Positions 1-13,200 of a DNA stretch of 64,000 bases are shown here, in pieces. Within the stretch, counting starts at the first letter, position 1. Each line of letters begins with the position of its first letter. The notes below the pieces were generated by a model that saw only the letters and a list, made by a program, of their open reading frames with translations, did no database searches and had not been told where the DNA came from. Source of the stretch: Tubulanus polymorphus (lineage: Eukaryota; Animalia; Nemertea). Position numbers and translations under genes: made by a program. Location: NCBI RefSeq assembly GCF_964204645.1, contig NC_134025.1, positions 24,098,299 to 24,162,298 of the forward strand, given 5' to 3'.

Positions 1-3000
1 GTCGATGGGATTATGAAGCTCTTAATGACCATTTGTTCGTGCAGCTAAAAGGGACATATCGGGAATTACGAATACATAACCCTGGATCATATGAATTTAT
101 GCCCGCAGCAAGTATCGGCGATACCGTTACGCATCAGAGAAAAGCAAACGTCAGCAGTGACACGAAGATTCAAAATTACAGCAATCCGGCGTCATGTGTA
201 TCATCTATACGTGGATGGCTGCAAATCATTTCTCATTTGCCGACTCGGCGGCGGGAATAAAAGCAAACAGCGCCGATGACAGAGACTCGAGACGAAATAT
301 TCTCGTAACTCATCTTAATGGTTCTTCATTACGATCTCCATCAAAATTCTGCCTGAACAATGTTCAACTTGGGCAACCGCATTATTTATGCTCAGAAATC
401 CCGACAGCAAATAAACAATAAATCGCACCAAGCGCGCCGCACGAATTCCCCGATCTCCTAGAAGTCTGCGAAGATTTTAGAATACTTACCAGCAATACAG
501 CAACCGTTTCTTCATTTTCCTGCCTCTCTATGGTGTTTATGAGTACAAAGTTCAGTTTTAAATTTATCGGAGGCCATTTTACTTTAGAAATGTCAAGATA
601 CCGGGGCCGTGCTGTGAAAACATCAATGACAGTGGCTTTATTGAGGTAAATCTTAGATGTCTAAGATAAATGATAAATTGCGAATTAAAGAAAAAACACA
701 CGAAAAAGTGGCTCTTTCTGTGAACACGCGGGGTATCGTGGCTGTATCCTTTGATAATACGATTACAGGCTTTGATCATTGATGCCCATTTGCATCTGCG
801 CACATATGCTCGGTGCCATTGGTGTTCACTTCCGGCGGTATATCCTCAATGACGAAATAATCACGAAATAACCACGCAGAGAATGAAGACAAATTTATCT
901 TACAAGCCCAGCCTTCGTCGTTTCTTCGTCTTTCGTTTGTATCGGAGTGTAGCAAGGAAATGAGAACTCCTTTGCAGATGGCCAAACACAGATAACCTCC
1001 GTTATTCCATGCTTTCGGTTCGTGTTTTAAGTCTTCAAAGCTTTAGATGAACTTACACCGCTTTTTTCCAATTCCAGGGAGATGCTTATGGTCTCTATAG
1101 ATACGTGCAAAAAAAACCTGATTTACCGACCTTTTTCCTATTTCATTTCATCGAAGTTGTAATTTCTAATAGCCTGGCTCAGCATTACCGACGTGATTAT
1201 GTCTCTTTTCGTTTGGGATTTATGAGTCAAACTACAACTTATATCATTTAGCAATCAGTGAAATTCTCATAAAAAAGTGTTTTTCTATCTATCCCTCTCC
1301 CTCAAAATCTTGTCACAAAAATGAAGCCGTATTTTTCTTTTATTTCGATATTCTAATTCATTTGGTAACTATGCTGATTAAACGTATGCTTTTTTGTTGA
1401 ATTCATTCATCGTTTTGTAATAGTTCACTAATATTTGCAGTCGTATCAAAACGACTTTATAGTTATCTGATGAAGTTTCTGATTTTTTTTTCACAGTAAG
1501 GAACGTGTCGTTTTACCGTAATAGGATCGCATTTAACCGCAAGCAGAATCCGAACAGCAGAAAAAAAATCGTCTCCGATGCCAACCGACCAAAGATTTTC
1601 CCGATATGAAAGTGGGCCTCCAGCGGAATGCAATAACTAATAGTAAGTCATTATTCTCGAACAACGCGCAGACGTCTGAAGAAAGAGAGTTTTTTCCATC
1701 GCCATAGAGACAAAAATGAAGAGTCACGAAAAGATATCAGAATAATCAACGAACAAAATGAAGAGATATCTAGAAAGCGCCAAGTAAATAGGGAAGTCTA
1801 TTACGTGAACCTCTCTGAAAATAAGAAATGAGATAGTAAAGCTGTATGGCATGGGATAGTAAAGCGCTAATAGAATTCATCTTTCCTTCCCGAAATGACG
1901 AATTATAGGCGTTACATCAATGGGCAGAAACAAAAGTTTGGTCCCGATTTGAATGTCGCATTGAAATAGAATTTGTACCCCATATTTTGTAGAATTCGAT
2001 TGATCATTCACGCCTGTTATTGCCCAATCCGTACATTTGCATAATTCCCCCAATAAATTCCCGCTGCTTTCAGCTTTTCCGTAAGTTATCCTTTATCATA
2101 TTTCCATCTTTGAATCACGATCCCAATTTATATTCTCTAAGATGTCTTTTTTCTTTGTAGAAATCGGCGGCGAAAAATATCAGACCGAACCGGCGGATGC
2201 GTAAGACTTTGATCCTACGCATTGATTGGAATCGACGCGCTCGTGTCTCAGGCTAGAATCCCCACTTCCTATATTCCTCTTTAAACTTCGCCCCGCGCAA
2301 TTACTATCTCATCAGAAAAGCAGACGATTCGCCGAGAAATCCGAGCGAGAAACAATATATTCTCGAATTACTGGGTTTATAGCCAAAACAAATATCCATC
2401 TGCGCGGTCGAACACAGACGAAACGGAGAATATTGGAATGCCGAAGAAGTTGACTGGGGTTATCAAATATTTTAGCCCCGGAGCAAACGTGCCGGCTTTT
2501 ATGAGATAATAGAAAATTACTTGGGGGAAAAATTTATCTCCCTAAACACATCACAGCACAATTTCGATATTTTATCAGGCGGATCGGGTGAGTGTAACTG
2601 ACCATAGAGTCACTGTCAGCAGTGATTATGTCATGTCCGCCGGCTGCAATAACAAGTCTCATATCATCACCGTTACATATCAAATTACAGATCAACTATA
2701 TGTAATGCCTCGATGCTCACGAGGGTAAGTTGTTTTCATCGAAAATAACGCAGTTCGTGTTTGCAGCTAGACTTGTGTGCGACGATGAATTATATTTGTC
2801 GCTCTGTGATAGAAATTGAAGTTGAGATTAAAAGGCGCCATAACGCCACGTCAATTTCCATTTATTCCACGAACTCTCGGCGAGAACGCGGGGACATTTT
2901 CCGAGGCGGAGAAGCGATAATTATAAATTCTAATTTTTCGTAAAATTATCAATTCTAATTTTCGCATCAAAGCAAAGGAATGAATAAAGTTACATAATAC

Positions 3001-3798
3001 AAAATCCAGAATACAGTGAAGTGTTGAACAATCGGGAATTCCATCCGAGTACGAAGAAATCTACGTACATCAGAAAAAACACTCGTTGACGAGCCATTTG
3101 CGGATAACGGTGTTTGTGTGACGTTGGACCCGCTCTAAATATCTGAGAACCACGTCCTTTTATTGCGCATCGGTTTCTCCATCGAGGTGTACCCCAACGG
3201 AAATCGATCTTCATCGCGAATGTCGATATGCTGCAAAAAATGTGGTAGGAAGACGTCGAACGTCGAAGTGCACAAGAATCATCAGAGACTGACAAGAAAG
3301 TAAAGGACTCGTCCTTACCAAAATGAATGGTAAATTCGATCGATTATACGTGGGAGCGTGACTTCCGTGTAGGTAATTTTTACTCCCACTTCTTTTCGAT
3401 ATTCGCATTTCGTTTTGGACCCCGTCCAGGCGTTTTTTTTTCTAATCGCGGCCAACGCACGCAATCAAATGATGATGCTTCATTCCGTTTTTTTACCCGA
3501 CAATTCCCGACTACGGTCACCTTTACGCAAAGATGGATATATTTATAGGTCGATGTTTCGGGTTTCGATAGAAAGCTCCTCCGCTGTTGAGCCCACTCAA
3601 CGAAGTTCGTATTACAAATCTCTAATTCTTCCGGAGCAGTTGCTGTGATGCATCAACGACTTTCTCTTTTTATTTATACAAACAGTTTACTAAAGTGTCA
3701 TCTTTACAAGTAAATCCAGTGTATAAAAAGGCTTACAAGACATGAACTTTAATATAACATATTTATGGCATGTTACCTTACCGTTAAGGACGCCCTTT

Positions 3799-3971
3799 TA
3801 GTGGAACCTCGTTAATACGAATCGTGTGGGCAAAAGTGGAATTGTCGTATTAAACGGGTTTCGTATTATCCAAAGCTCGATTGATATAGATCTTAGCTGG
3901 GACATGCTGGAAATCAGCGTAATAAACGGGTGCCGTCTTAAATAGAATCGTATTAACGAGGTTCGACTGTA
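3799..3971. mobile_element. Tc1/mariner(Tigger)-type MITE
   Basis: Near-perfect TIRs AGTGGAACCTCGTTAATACGA ... TCGTATTAACGAGGTTCGACT, followed by GTA. Confidence 0.7.
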
Positions 3972-6900
3972 TTTAATTATTTTACGAGTTGTTGGTACAA
4001 GACTTACAACGAACTTGAAAGGGATGTTATATGTATCAACATTTAGTGCAACTTGTGCAATATTGTGAAAACATTCCTATTCTTAAATGTAGAGATATAC
4101 TATTTACAGAAGACCGACCAGACAGCAAAGCAGCGAAGGCGAATGTTGCTTATGGTTAATGAGTTTTTAATAATGTATACGAATAGCCACTGGGCGTATA
4201 CATTAATGGATTTATATATCTAAAAGTTATGAAATTATCTTCGAAATCTGATGAATTCTTAATGAAATCTAGCGAGAAGTTCACGTAACTGTGGTGAATC
4301 CATTCGTGCGTCGATTCGTAATACAAATAAATCGAATGAAACCAATTTCACGGGGGATCCCGAGTTCCTCGTGTTAAATAATCTCGTGAAATCACGTGAA
4401 CGCCGAATCAATGCCGGCACTAATGATTCCATTCATTCGAATTTAGCTTTTTCACGACGACGACTGAAATAAAAATCGTCGTCTGCGACATTATTTTCTC
4501 CTAATGCGCGCTTTCATTTCCATGGAAATTTTAAATTGTCGGGATCGACGCAGCGATAAATCATGCGGGTAATCGAACAACGCACGCAACACGAGAGATA
4601 AAATCAACGGCTCAAGGCCTTCCTTTTACTGTCTACATCCAATATTAATTCGCAAAAATAGGATATGAATTTCAGCAGTACGCATCCCGAAAATAAACGA
4701 GTCGCGCAGATAAGCCCCTGAATTGATGGAGCTATCGAATGTATCTGGCGAGGATTAGTTTTCTTCGGAAACGAGATATTCAATCTTTCAAAGAATTAAA
4801 TCTTGAGAAGTAATTCATCACTTATACGTGACTTATTTCATTAAAAAATGTTTTCTCAGTAAGTCTTGTTCGAGTATCGTTACCAACGAATGAAGCCGCC
4901 TCCGACTCCTCCTTCCTTTCCGCAGTCGACAACAAAATATAACAATACGCTGACTATGCTATAAAATATCGATTCAATTTATTAAGACGAAACATTTCAT
5001 GAGACATCATACAGCACTGACCTATGTTCACTATCGCGTGTTCGCATTTACAAATGGAAATTCGTTTTTATCGAAAACTGAATGAAGAGAGAATGCGGAG
5101 AGATAACGACGACGAACCGAGTATAGAGATAGAATTGTGATAAATCACGGTAAAAGAAATTACGTTATATTACGAGGTAATCGCTATACTGTGCCCTGGA
5201 AAAATCCATTGATCAAATCGGAATTAATTTCACATTTAGCATGACTATTAAAACACACACGCACGTGCACCAATACGCAATACAGATTTTTAGTTATACT
5301 AAACATAACAGATTGTCGATACATAATTATGACGTTATTATGATCAAAGATAGTCTCTCGGTTTTTCACAAATTAATACATCGTTCAATTTCCAATTGAA
5401 ACGGACACATTTTAAACGCTTTTAAAGCAATGTAAATGGAAATTTCATTTCTCAAATTAAGTTATAAATTGCATAGTAAGAATCAGAAGAGTACATAATT
5501 GAAAGAATACAAAGTACAAAGAAAACAACTGAAATTCTATTGGTCGTAAAACTAGGTTGACACTTTTGCCTCAGACATTTTCATTTAAAGACACAAATCT
5601 ATCTTAATAAATGTCATCAAGTATTGCATTATCGAATTCTTTTCACAGATAAGTGTGAACCAGCTCGAAAAATACACAAACATTAATTCCTCACAACGTA
5701 ACATAAGTATGTTGAAAAAGTAACAAATTACATGAAAAACAACCGGAATGTTTTTTTTGTTATTTTCAAAGTACACCGTAGTACAATACAGCAATGCATC
5801 ACCTGCAGGCAAAATGACAAAATGAAACATGATTTCAACACTGAATTGAATATAAGGATAGCCGCATAATGAAATGATACAACACTTCCAGAGCGCAGTA
5901 TAATAAACGCTGCATAAACCTGGGTATAAAACAATAAGAAATGGTTCAGATGTTTAACACCGCCCGAATCATCTCTCAACGGCTTTTACAGCCTTCGCTA
6001 TAGCGTTCATTAATGACAATTTATCTATATCTGTCAATTTAAAGAAGAAAGTTAACGTCACCAATTTTCGAAGCGTATTCTCGCTGCTGATAAGAGACGT
6101 TATCGGCGCTTAACGCACTGTCGACAATGTCATGAAATTGTTCGGCGAAGATTTATCGGGCAATAAAAGAGCTAGGGGCCAGTCGGACAGCACAATCGAG
6201 AGCAGCATTAGCTAACTACGTATGTACTGCGACGATACATGAAAAGATCTCGCGCCGAAATTGCTCTTCTGGGGGTCAGTTTATACTAGTCGTCTATAGC
6301 TGGAATCCATCCTAGGTCAAGGGAAACTGTCTACGAATTAACTCGAAGCATACGCATGAAATTGTAAATTCATATTGTGTTATATTACGATGAGGAATAA
6401 AAAATCGGTTGTTTTAATATTAATTGAATTTCGACACACAAATTATGAATGTAGAATAAACAGAAACAGATCGATGAATAGCGTTTCAGCTCTATTTGAT
6501 CAAGTTCTCACAAAAAGGATAAACAATATCTCGGTAGTTTTGTTTGCAAAAACATTCATCATATAGAAGAATGTGTCTGTCCAGAATTACAGGGATTCCA
6601 TTATGATATGACGATGAAAAACTTGACGAATACCCTAAGCACTCCTGCCGTCCCGTATCAGTAGACAGAAACAGATATTTGAAAATATACTATCAATACA
6701 GTGTACCATTTGGCCCCCTTTACATGGAGTTCAGAGAAATTCTACATAAAATGGACAGCGCCACGAGATATATTCCCTGAGATCACGATTTCAATTATCT
6801 TCATCAATAAGTTCATTAACAAGGCACATTTTCCAAAATATTATCTCCATGGCGGTATGAAAAATCATAAAGACTTCCACGCCAACTCTGGATACAATCT

Positions 6901-7280
6901 TATCCATTTCAGACACTGACATCGTAAATGGACTTCTCATCTTAATAATACGGAAGCAAAGGACAATTTTTGAGTGGATTTCAAGATCCACATCCTCAGT
7001 TATAGTTAGTTAGTGTAAATTTTCATATAGAACAGAAAAACTCTGCACCATTCTAAGAATGGAAATATCTCAAAGTAGTTACCATAAGATTCATTAGACA
7101 CCATTTGAAAGGGTTTATACAATTCACAATTAACCTGTATCAGATAAGTTGATTTACATTATAAAGAAATACTATTTTAGATGTATAGTTTCACTAGAAT
7201 GCTTGATACGTCATCGTTCTCATGACTTTCTTCAGCAGCACTTTCGCCGATGCATCGCTGGAATTAGCTACCGACAGGTT

Positions 7281-10200
7281 TCACTTCTTGGTTGAGAATT
7301 TGTAGACGCACACATGGTGGTATGTTTCCCCAGGTCTCAGCACACAGCTTGGGAAATCAGGCTGAAAATACAAAGCATAATGATAAAACGTGAGAAATAA
7401 AACAAATATAGTCGTACAAACATTCTTTTGCGTTATATAATATGCGATTCCCTTTGTTTAACAGGAAATAAGAATTGATTTTTAAGCATCGCTTTGATGC
7501 GAAATGTCGTCATCGCATGATCAAACAGCTATTTTCCCCGCTTTAAGAAAAAGCATCATGGCTCAAAGGAATCGAAATGAAGCAAGTGTAAACGGGAAAA
7601 ATTTCAGGTTAGGGAATTGAATGAGAAACATGGATCTACACTTGGGTTTACAGTTACAAGAAGCCACACCTTGTCTGATTGCTATTAAAAAGAATTCAAA
7701 CAGATTTTAAAGTTTTGCGTTATCAGTTGCATTTTCAAAAGGTGTTTTCACCATCATCCCTCGAGACAACAGCTCATGAAATCTGGGGAAATATTCATTG
7801 GATTTCAGGAGGATTTCATGATTAAACGAACGAACCACAACCGACAACTTGAATCTTGAAACGAGGCTTTGAAAATCAAGAAACACGGATGATAATGTAT
7901 AACCAAATCTTTAGACAGTTTTGAAATTTACAGTATTGTTATTTGAACTCCACAGTGTCTGATTTATTGCTTAGATACTTCTTTCAAAATGTCTGTTAGT
8001 GTCCGTCACATGTACTTCTTTTTTGAGTGTCAGTCAGGTTTTGGTTATGAGGGTTCTATGCCATCAAAATTGTCATTATTTCAGCAGAATTGACTATATA
8101 GTATCAAAAAGAAACCTAAACTTAGACGTAACTAGAATGGAGTAGTAAATGCATAAAATATCCTGATTTATGATGAAGAAGTACTTCTAAAAACAGTTAC
8201 TCATCTTTGCTGCACTAAAAATCATATCTCATTAAAGTCCGAGAGTGTCTAAGTCAACAGTGTAGACGTAAATCTTGCACGATCTGATGTCGCTTTCGTA
8301 ACAGCCAATCACGGGCGAGCGATCGCGATTTCAAAACATAAATCGATCACGTTCGAGGCGGAGAAAGATGGATGAGTTCTCAAACTAATGATTTCCGAAA
8401 GCTAAGTGATTAAACTATAACGCTAAGATTTGCTCTTCGGTGATTTAAAGCTGAAATCTCCGTCAACGAGGCCTGAGTGATACTCTCTATCTGATTATCA
8501 ATGATCTGCGGAATGTTAACCTGGTAAACGACAGAATCGAAGAAAAAGAGAACATTCAGCGAGAAAGTATATAAGAAGGATTCGGATGAAGATACAAATG
8601 ATTGCCATCAAGAACAGAAGAAAAAGAAAACGTTCAGGGAGAAAGCCTAAGAAGGACACAGATGAAGATACAAAGGATTTGCATCGAGGACAAGACCACA
8701 CAGTCCACGCAGAAAGATTCATAAGGGATAGCATTGACGTATACATTTATATGTCCGTGGAAACAGTAAATGATTAGCGCAGCTGGTGACCAGCCAGCAA
8801 TCCATGGCTACCAAGACATTGCATTAACACATCAACGCCATCATTTATCAAAATTATACAGAACAGTAAAAACATTCATCAATGAGATATCTGATAGCTG
8901 ACTATTTTAGTATCCAGGCAACCGAATTTTTCCATTAACCGGTTCTAAAGCGATATCTCAGTATCGAAAGCAAAGTATATCTTTCTACTTTCCATCTGTG
9001 AAATCGGTTTCTATTTCGAACTGGTGATTAAAAAGCTGACACGGGTTAAACCCACTGGGAATCGGAGACAACAGAAAGATAGGAGGAAGATTACAGGCGT
9101 ACGACGTCTATATTTTCTCATGGATATAATTGCACAGTATAGAACTACTTATCAATGAAAGGTAGTGTTTATACAGCTATAGACGATACTCATCACGTCT
9201 CTGACCTGTGTCCACTTAGTCCATCATCGTTTATGAGAAATGTCACCCTTGCCGGACAGAGCATGAAATTGAGTACGAGACATCATTGATGATGAAAAAT
9301 CTGTCAACGCCCGTGACAAATAAGCAGTACACGTAAACCACTGTTGTAGCACTTTGAAAATGAAATGCTCAAAGACGTGGTGGTCATGTTCGAGATCTGT
9401 TCCCGTATCATGTAATCGATAAGATAAATATAGCTGCAAAGCAGCGATAATAGGTTTCCTGCCTTAATGGTTTGAATGCTGCTACTATGAAGCATAAAAA
9501 GTTTCATCAAAATCAGTCTGTCAATTCCAGAAAATAGTTCTTTTCAGAAGCGCCACCTAGGGGTCAACACATGTAGGACTACTAGGTATGCGGATCAATA
9601 TGGGCTGCTGTTCCCATTCTGCAGGGTGCAGTTTTTCAAGTAGAGTGTTTGTTTTAAGATATATCGCTTATAGTGTACAGCTTAAAGAACCTTATCGACA
9701 TTTGTGTTCAATGTGGCTGACTGGCAGCCATGCTGGATTTAAAAATGAATTGTTCCCATTCTACATAAAAAAATCGAACGGGGTTCTTGATATATATAAT
9801 ACACTTTATATGATAATAATATCAATCAAGGGAATAATGACAGGGTTTTCTGCCGAATGGTCAGACACGAGTAACCATTGTTTCACGAGCCTAGGCACCT
9901 TGACGTGAATAATAGCTGTGAATATCTGAATCATATGAAGCGAGTCTTCTTTTTTACTGAACGATGATTTTTTTCATCATTTTAATGCAGACGGATGTCT
10001 TGACGATAAACTGGTCATGAAAGGTTGACAACGATGTGACGAACATGACTGCTCATTGACGAAACATTGATATAAATGATCTTGGAATGACATCGTGAAT
10101 TCATCATGTTCATCGCACAGAATTCTAGGAATTTCATACACGATAACATATACCACCACTTCAACGACTTGAGAATGGTACATGGATAGATACATTGATG

Positions 10201-13200
10201 ATTATTAGTGCTAAAATACATTCGTTACTGCAGAGTGACGTCTTAATGAGACAGCATATACGACATTTTTTGAAGGGTAGGATATGTTTCTTTGACAACA
10301 CGAAGGAGCGATGATGAGTGAAGTGATGATATCGCTTGTATGAAATGACATGACACAAATGGGATTCACTATCAGTTGTAGAGGTAGTTTGAATGTGAAA
10401 CTCGAATTCCCCATTCAAAGAACAGTAGAATCAAACTTTGAGATGTTCCCTCCATTCCAGGCCACCAGGGTTGGGACCCTGGGAGCAATTGATGTGATCA
10501 GGGTTACAACGGTTTGATTCCAGCTCGGGGTTCTCAAATGAAGTTGAGTCTAGAAAGCATTCCACGGTAACTTATCAGCTATATGACCCTGAATCCAGGT
10601 GGACTAGGTGTCTCATATCGTATCAGATCTCACCAGATGGAATTCTATGCGTGTAATAATGTCCTTGTTTTTTCTCATTTCTCAGGTGTTATAGACGAGT
10701 CTAATGTGTGTATATGTGTGACATTACTCACACGAAATATTTCTCACAGTAGTGATCATTCGTTACAAGCAGATCTGATACGTTTGAAAATGGTCAAAAG
10801 GTTCGGTGACATTCAGATGAAGTAGCTTTTCACTATCACAGGCATAAATTCGTAAACATCATCATTAGCTTTCAGGTACATACTTAACATGGGTTAGTCA
10901 CAAAATAGACCCCTCACGGCTAAATGTAGTGCCGTACTTAAGAGAATCTTTGCCCGGCATTCGTTCTTTTCATCATCAGACTTGTCCAATTTTCCATTAA
11001 ATGCATTAGCGGCGCAGCGGACCAACTAAATTCACCTCCGCAATTATTGCATAGAACAAAATCTGTCCTGCTGTTTACATCAATATGTCAGGCACTCGGC
11101 TTTCAAACAAAATACTGTCCTTTCTTTCGTGCGGTTTAAGTGTTTCCCCATAAGTTAGTTTCCTCAGCTGCGCTTTTATTGATATAAATATCTTTTCGAG
11201 TAAGTAAATGGCACATAATGGGAAGCATAACGTCAAGATGGTGTTTCCATTAGCTGTGAACCACTTATCAGGCCTTCGCTACGGAGAGCCAACACGATTA
11301 AAGACATGACGCAAATCTTTCATGACCCGTGGAAAAATTCCTCGATGAACAAAACAAAAAAAACCCACATCCATAGGTGATGGAAATCACCATTGTACAG
11401 AATGGCGATGCTTTTATTCATTTTTCCGAACCAAATTTGAAATGTGAAAACAAATTCTGCTGCTTAAGTTTAAGCAACAGAATTTCTGAATTTTCTAAAA
11501 CTATTCCAAAATGCTTAATAGAAATCTGTGATTTATTCCCCTGAAAGAAATACTTAAACATATGTCCGAACTGTTTATATTCCCGATACCGTCCCAAATG
11601 GAATTATTAAGTTGGTTTCTAATCAATGCAGCACAGTTGTTAAATAGATAAGATCTCTGTCGGTCGGTACGCTTGTCTGTGAGGTGTTTGCATCCAAACG
11701 CGCTCACACACTGCAGCAACAGAATCAATCACGTCTCAAGTCTTTCACCTTTTTCCCTCGCGAGGAACGAACATGATTGGGTTGAGAGATGAACGTGGCC
11801 CCGAATGTTGCGAAGAAGCGGGAGTTCTTTTTACGGAAGCGACTGACGAAACGAAACCTTTCACCTTAATATCCGAGGAACACATCATCGTATACGCAGA
11901 AAATGAAACATTCGGAATTCCGCGGCGTCCATCCGACTGACAGTCAAAGGGATTTCCACTCTATCGACGGCAAATTTTTTTATTGTGCATAAGAAATGAG
12001 ATTCTTTGATGAATCAGACGCTAACAAACCCAACGCGAAAACATATATACAGTGTATATTCGTCTTTAAAAGATTACATTTTTACATAAAATTTTCAGCA
12101 TATATTTCATCTAAAAATAACATCGCTACAACAGTTGACGAGATAATTGTAATAACTGTCGACTTAAAAATAGAGTTACAACCTTCGTTGTTCTATTTTT
12201 GGCATTATCATCAAGGTAAAACAACTTGAGCATGATCAAACATGTAAAATATAGGGATGACGCGTTTAAGGTGTCATCAGGAGTGACCCCAGAAAATGCA
12301 GTACAGGCCAACGCCCATCCCCCCAAGTGCAATCCATTCAGTGGCGGATCCGAGGGGGTGCGTATCTAATGTTTCTAAATTTTCTGGAGGAGCACACACA
12401 GACCCTGCCCCATATGTAAGTAGTGACCAAAGTAAGTAGAGCGCACCCCCTTTTCTGAAAAGCTAGATCCGCCCCTGCTGTTCATTTGAAATTACCCGAG
12501 AATGCAAGGATTTATCCACTGCGGAAAAAATAATGAAACTCACTGTATTTATGGCATTTGGATAATTCTGTGCCTCCAAACAAAATGCCGAATAGGGTAC
12601 GTAGGTAGTGCCAGCTTTTCCATTCTTTACATCGAGGAATTTCGAAGTGTAGAATTGTAAACCGGGCTGATTGGTGCGTACTTCCAGCACGATTCCGGTA
12701 CCAGGGTGTTCAACTCTGAAAAATATAATAGCGTCAAATCTTGATGACATATGAACCAGTAGATAACGATATCTGTGATGAAGCAACAAATGTAAAATCC
12801 CACAATTGTTGAATGACTTTAAGACATTAAAAGGTTTATTCTAAAATGCTAGAAATATTTCGGGTGGCTCCTACCACCACCCTTCTTCTGTCTAAAATGC
12901 CATTCTGACATATATATCTTGATTTCTTTTTTTTAAGAAATGTAAATGTAAATGCATTAGTAAGCCATTCCAATTACACTTCAGCAATCTTAGATTAGAC
13001 TTTAGTTAAATGCACTTTATCAAAAGATGAAGACATAAGACTTTTGAAACGCCTCACAGTCACTGCTGAAAATCCACTTACAGTATTGAAATAGGAAAAT
13101 CATTATTGCGCTATGACAGCATATCTCGAGTAAAAAAATAATGAATAAATGACAACATGCAAAATCATAGCAACCAGTCAAGAAGCAATTAGTCCCCCAA

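Noticed and set aside
512-577. Minus-strand short ORF MASDKFKTELC..., resembling the ZFP36 KTELC zinc-finger lead-in
   Set aside because: It stops after 21 codons and lacks the CX8CX5CX3H spacing; probably chance or a uORF.
10830-11070. miRNA-seed-like words TATCACAG (miR-2-like) and TTGCATAG (miR-153-like); also TGACTAGA near 63534 and 63670
   Set aside because: The match is limited to the seed, the rest diverges from the known mature sequences, and no precursor hairpin is evident.
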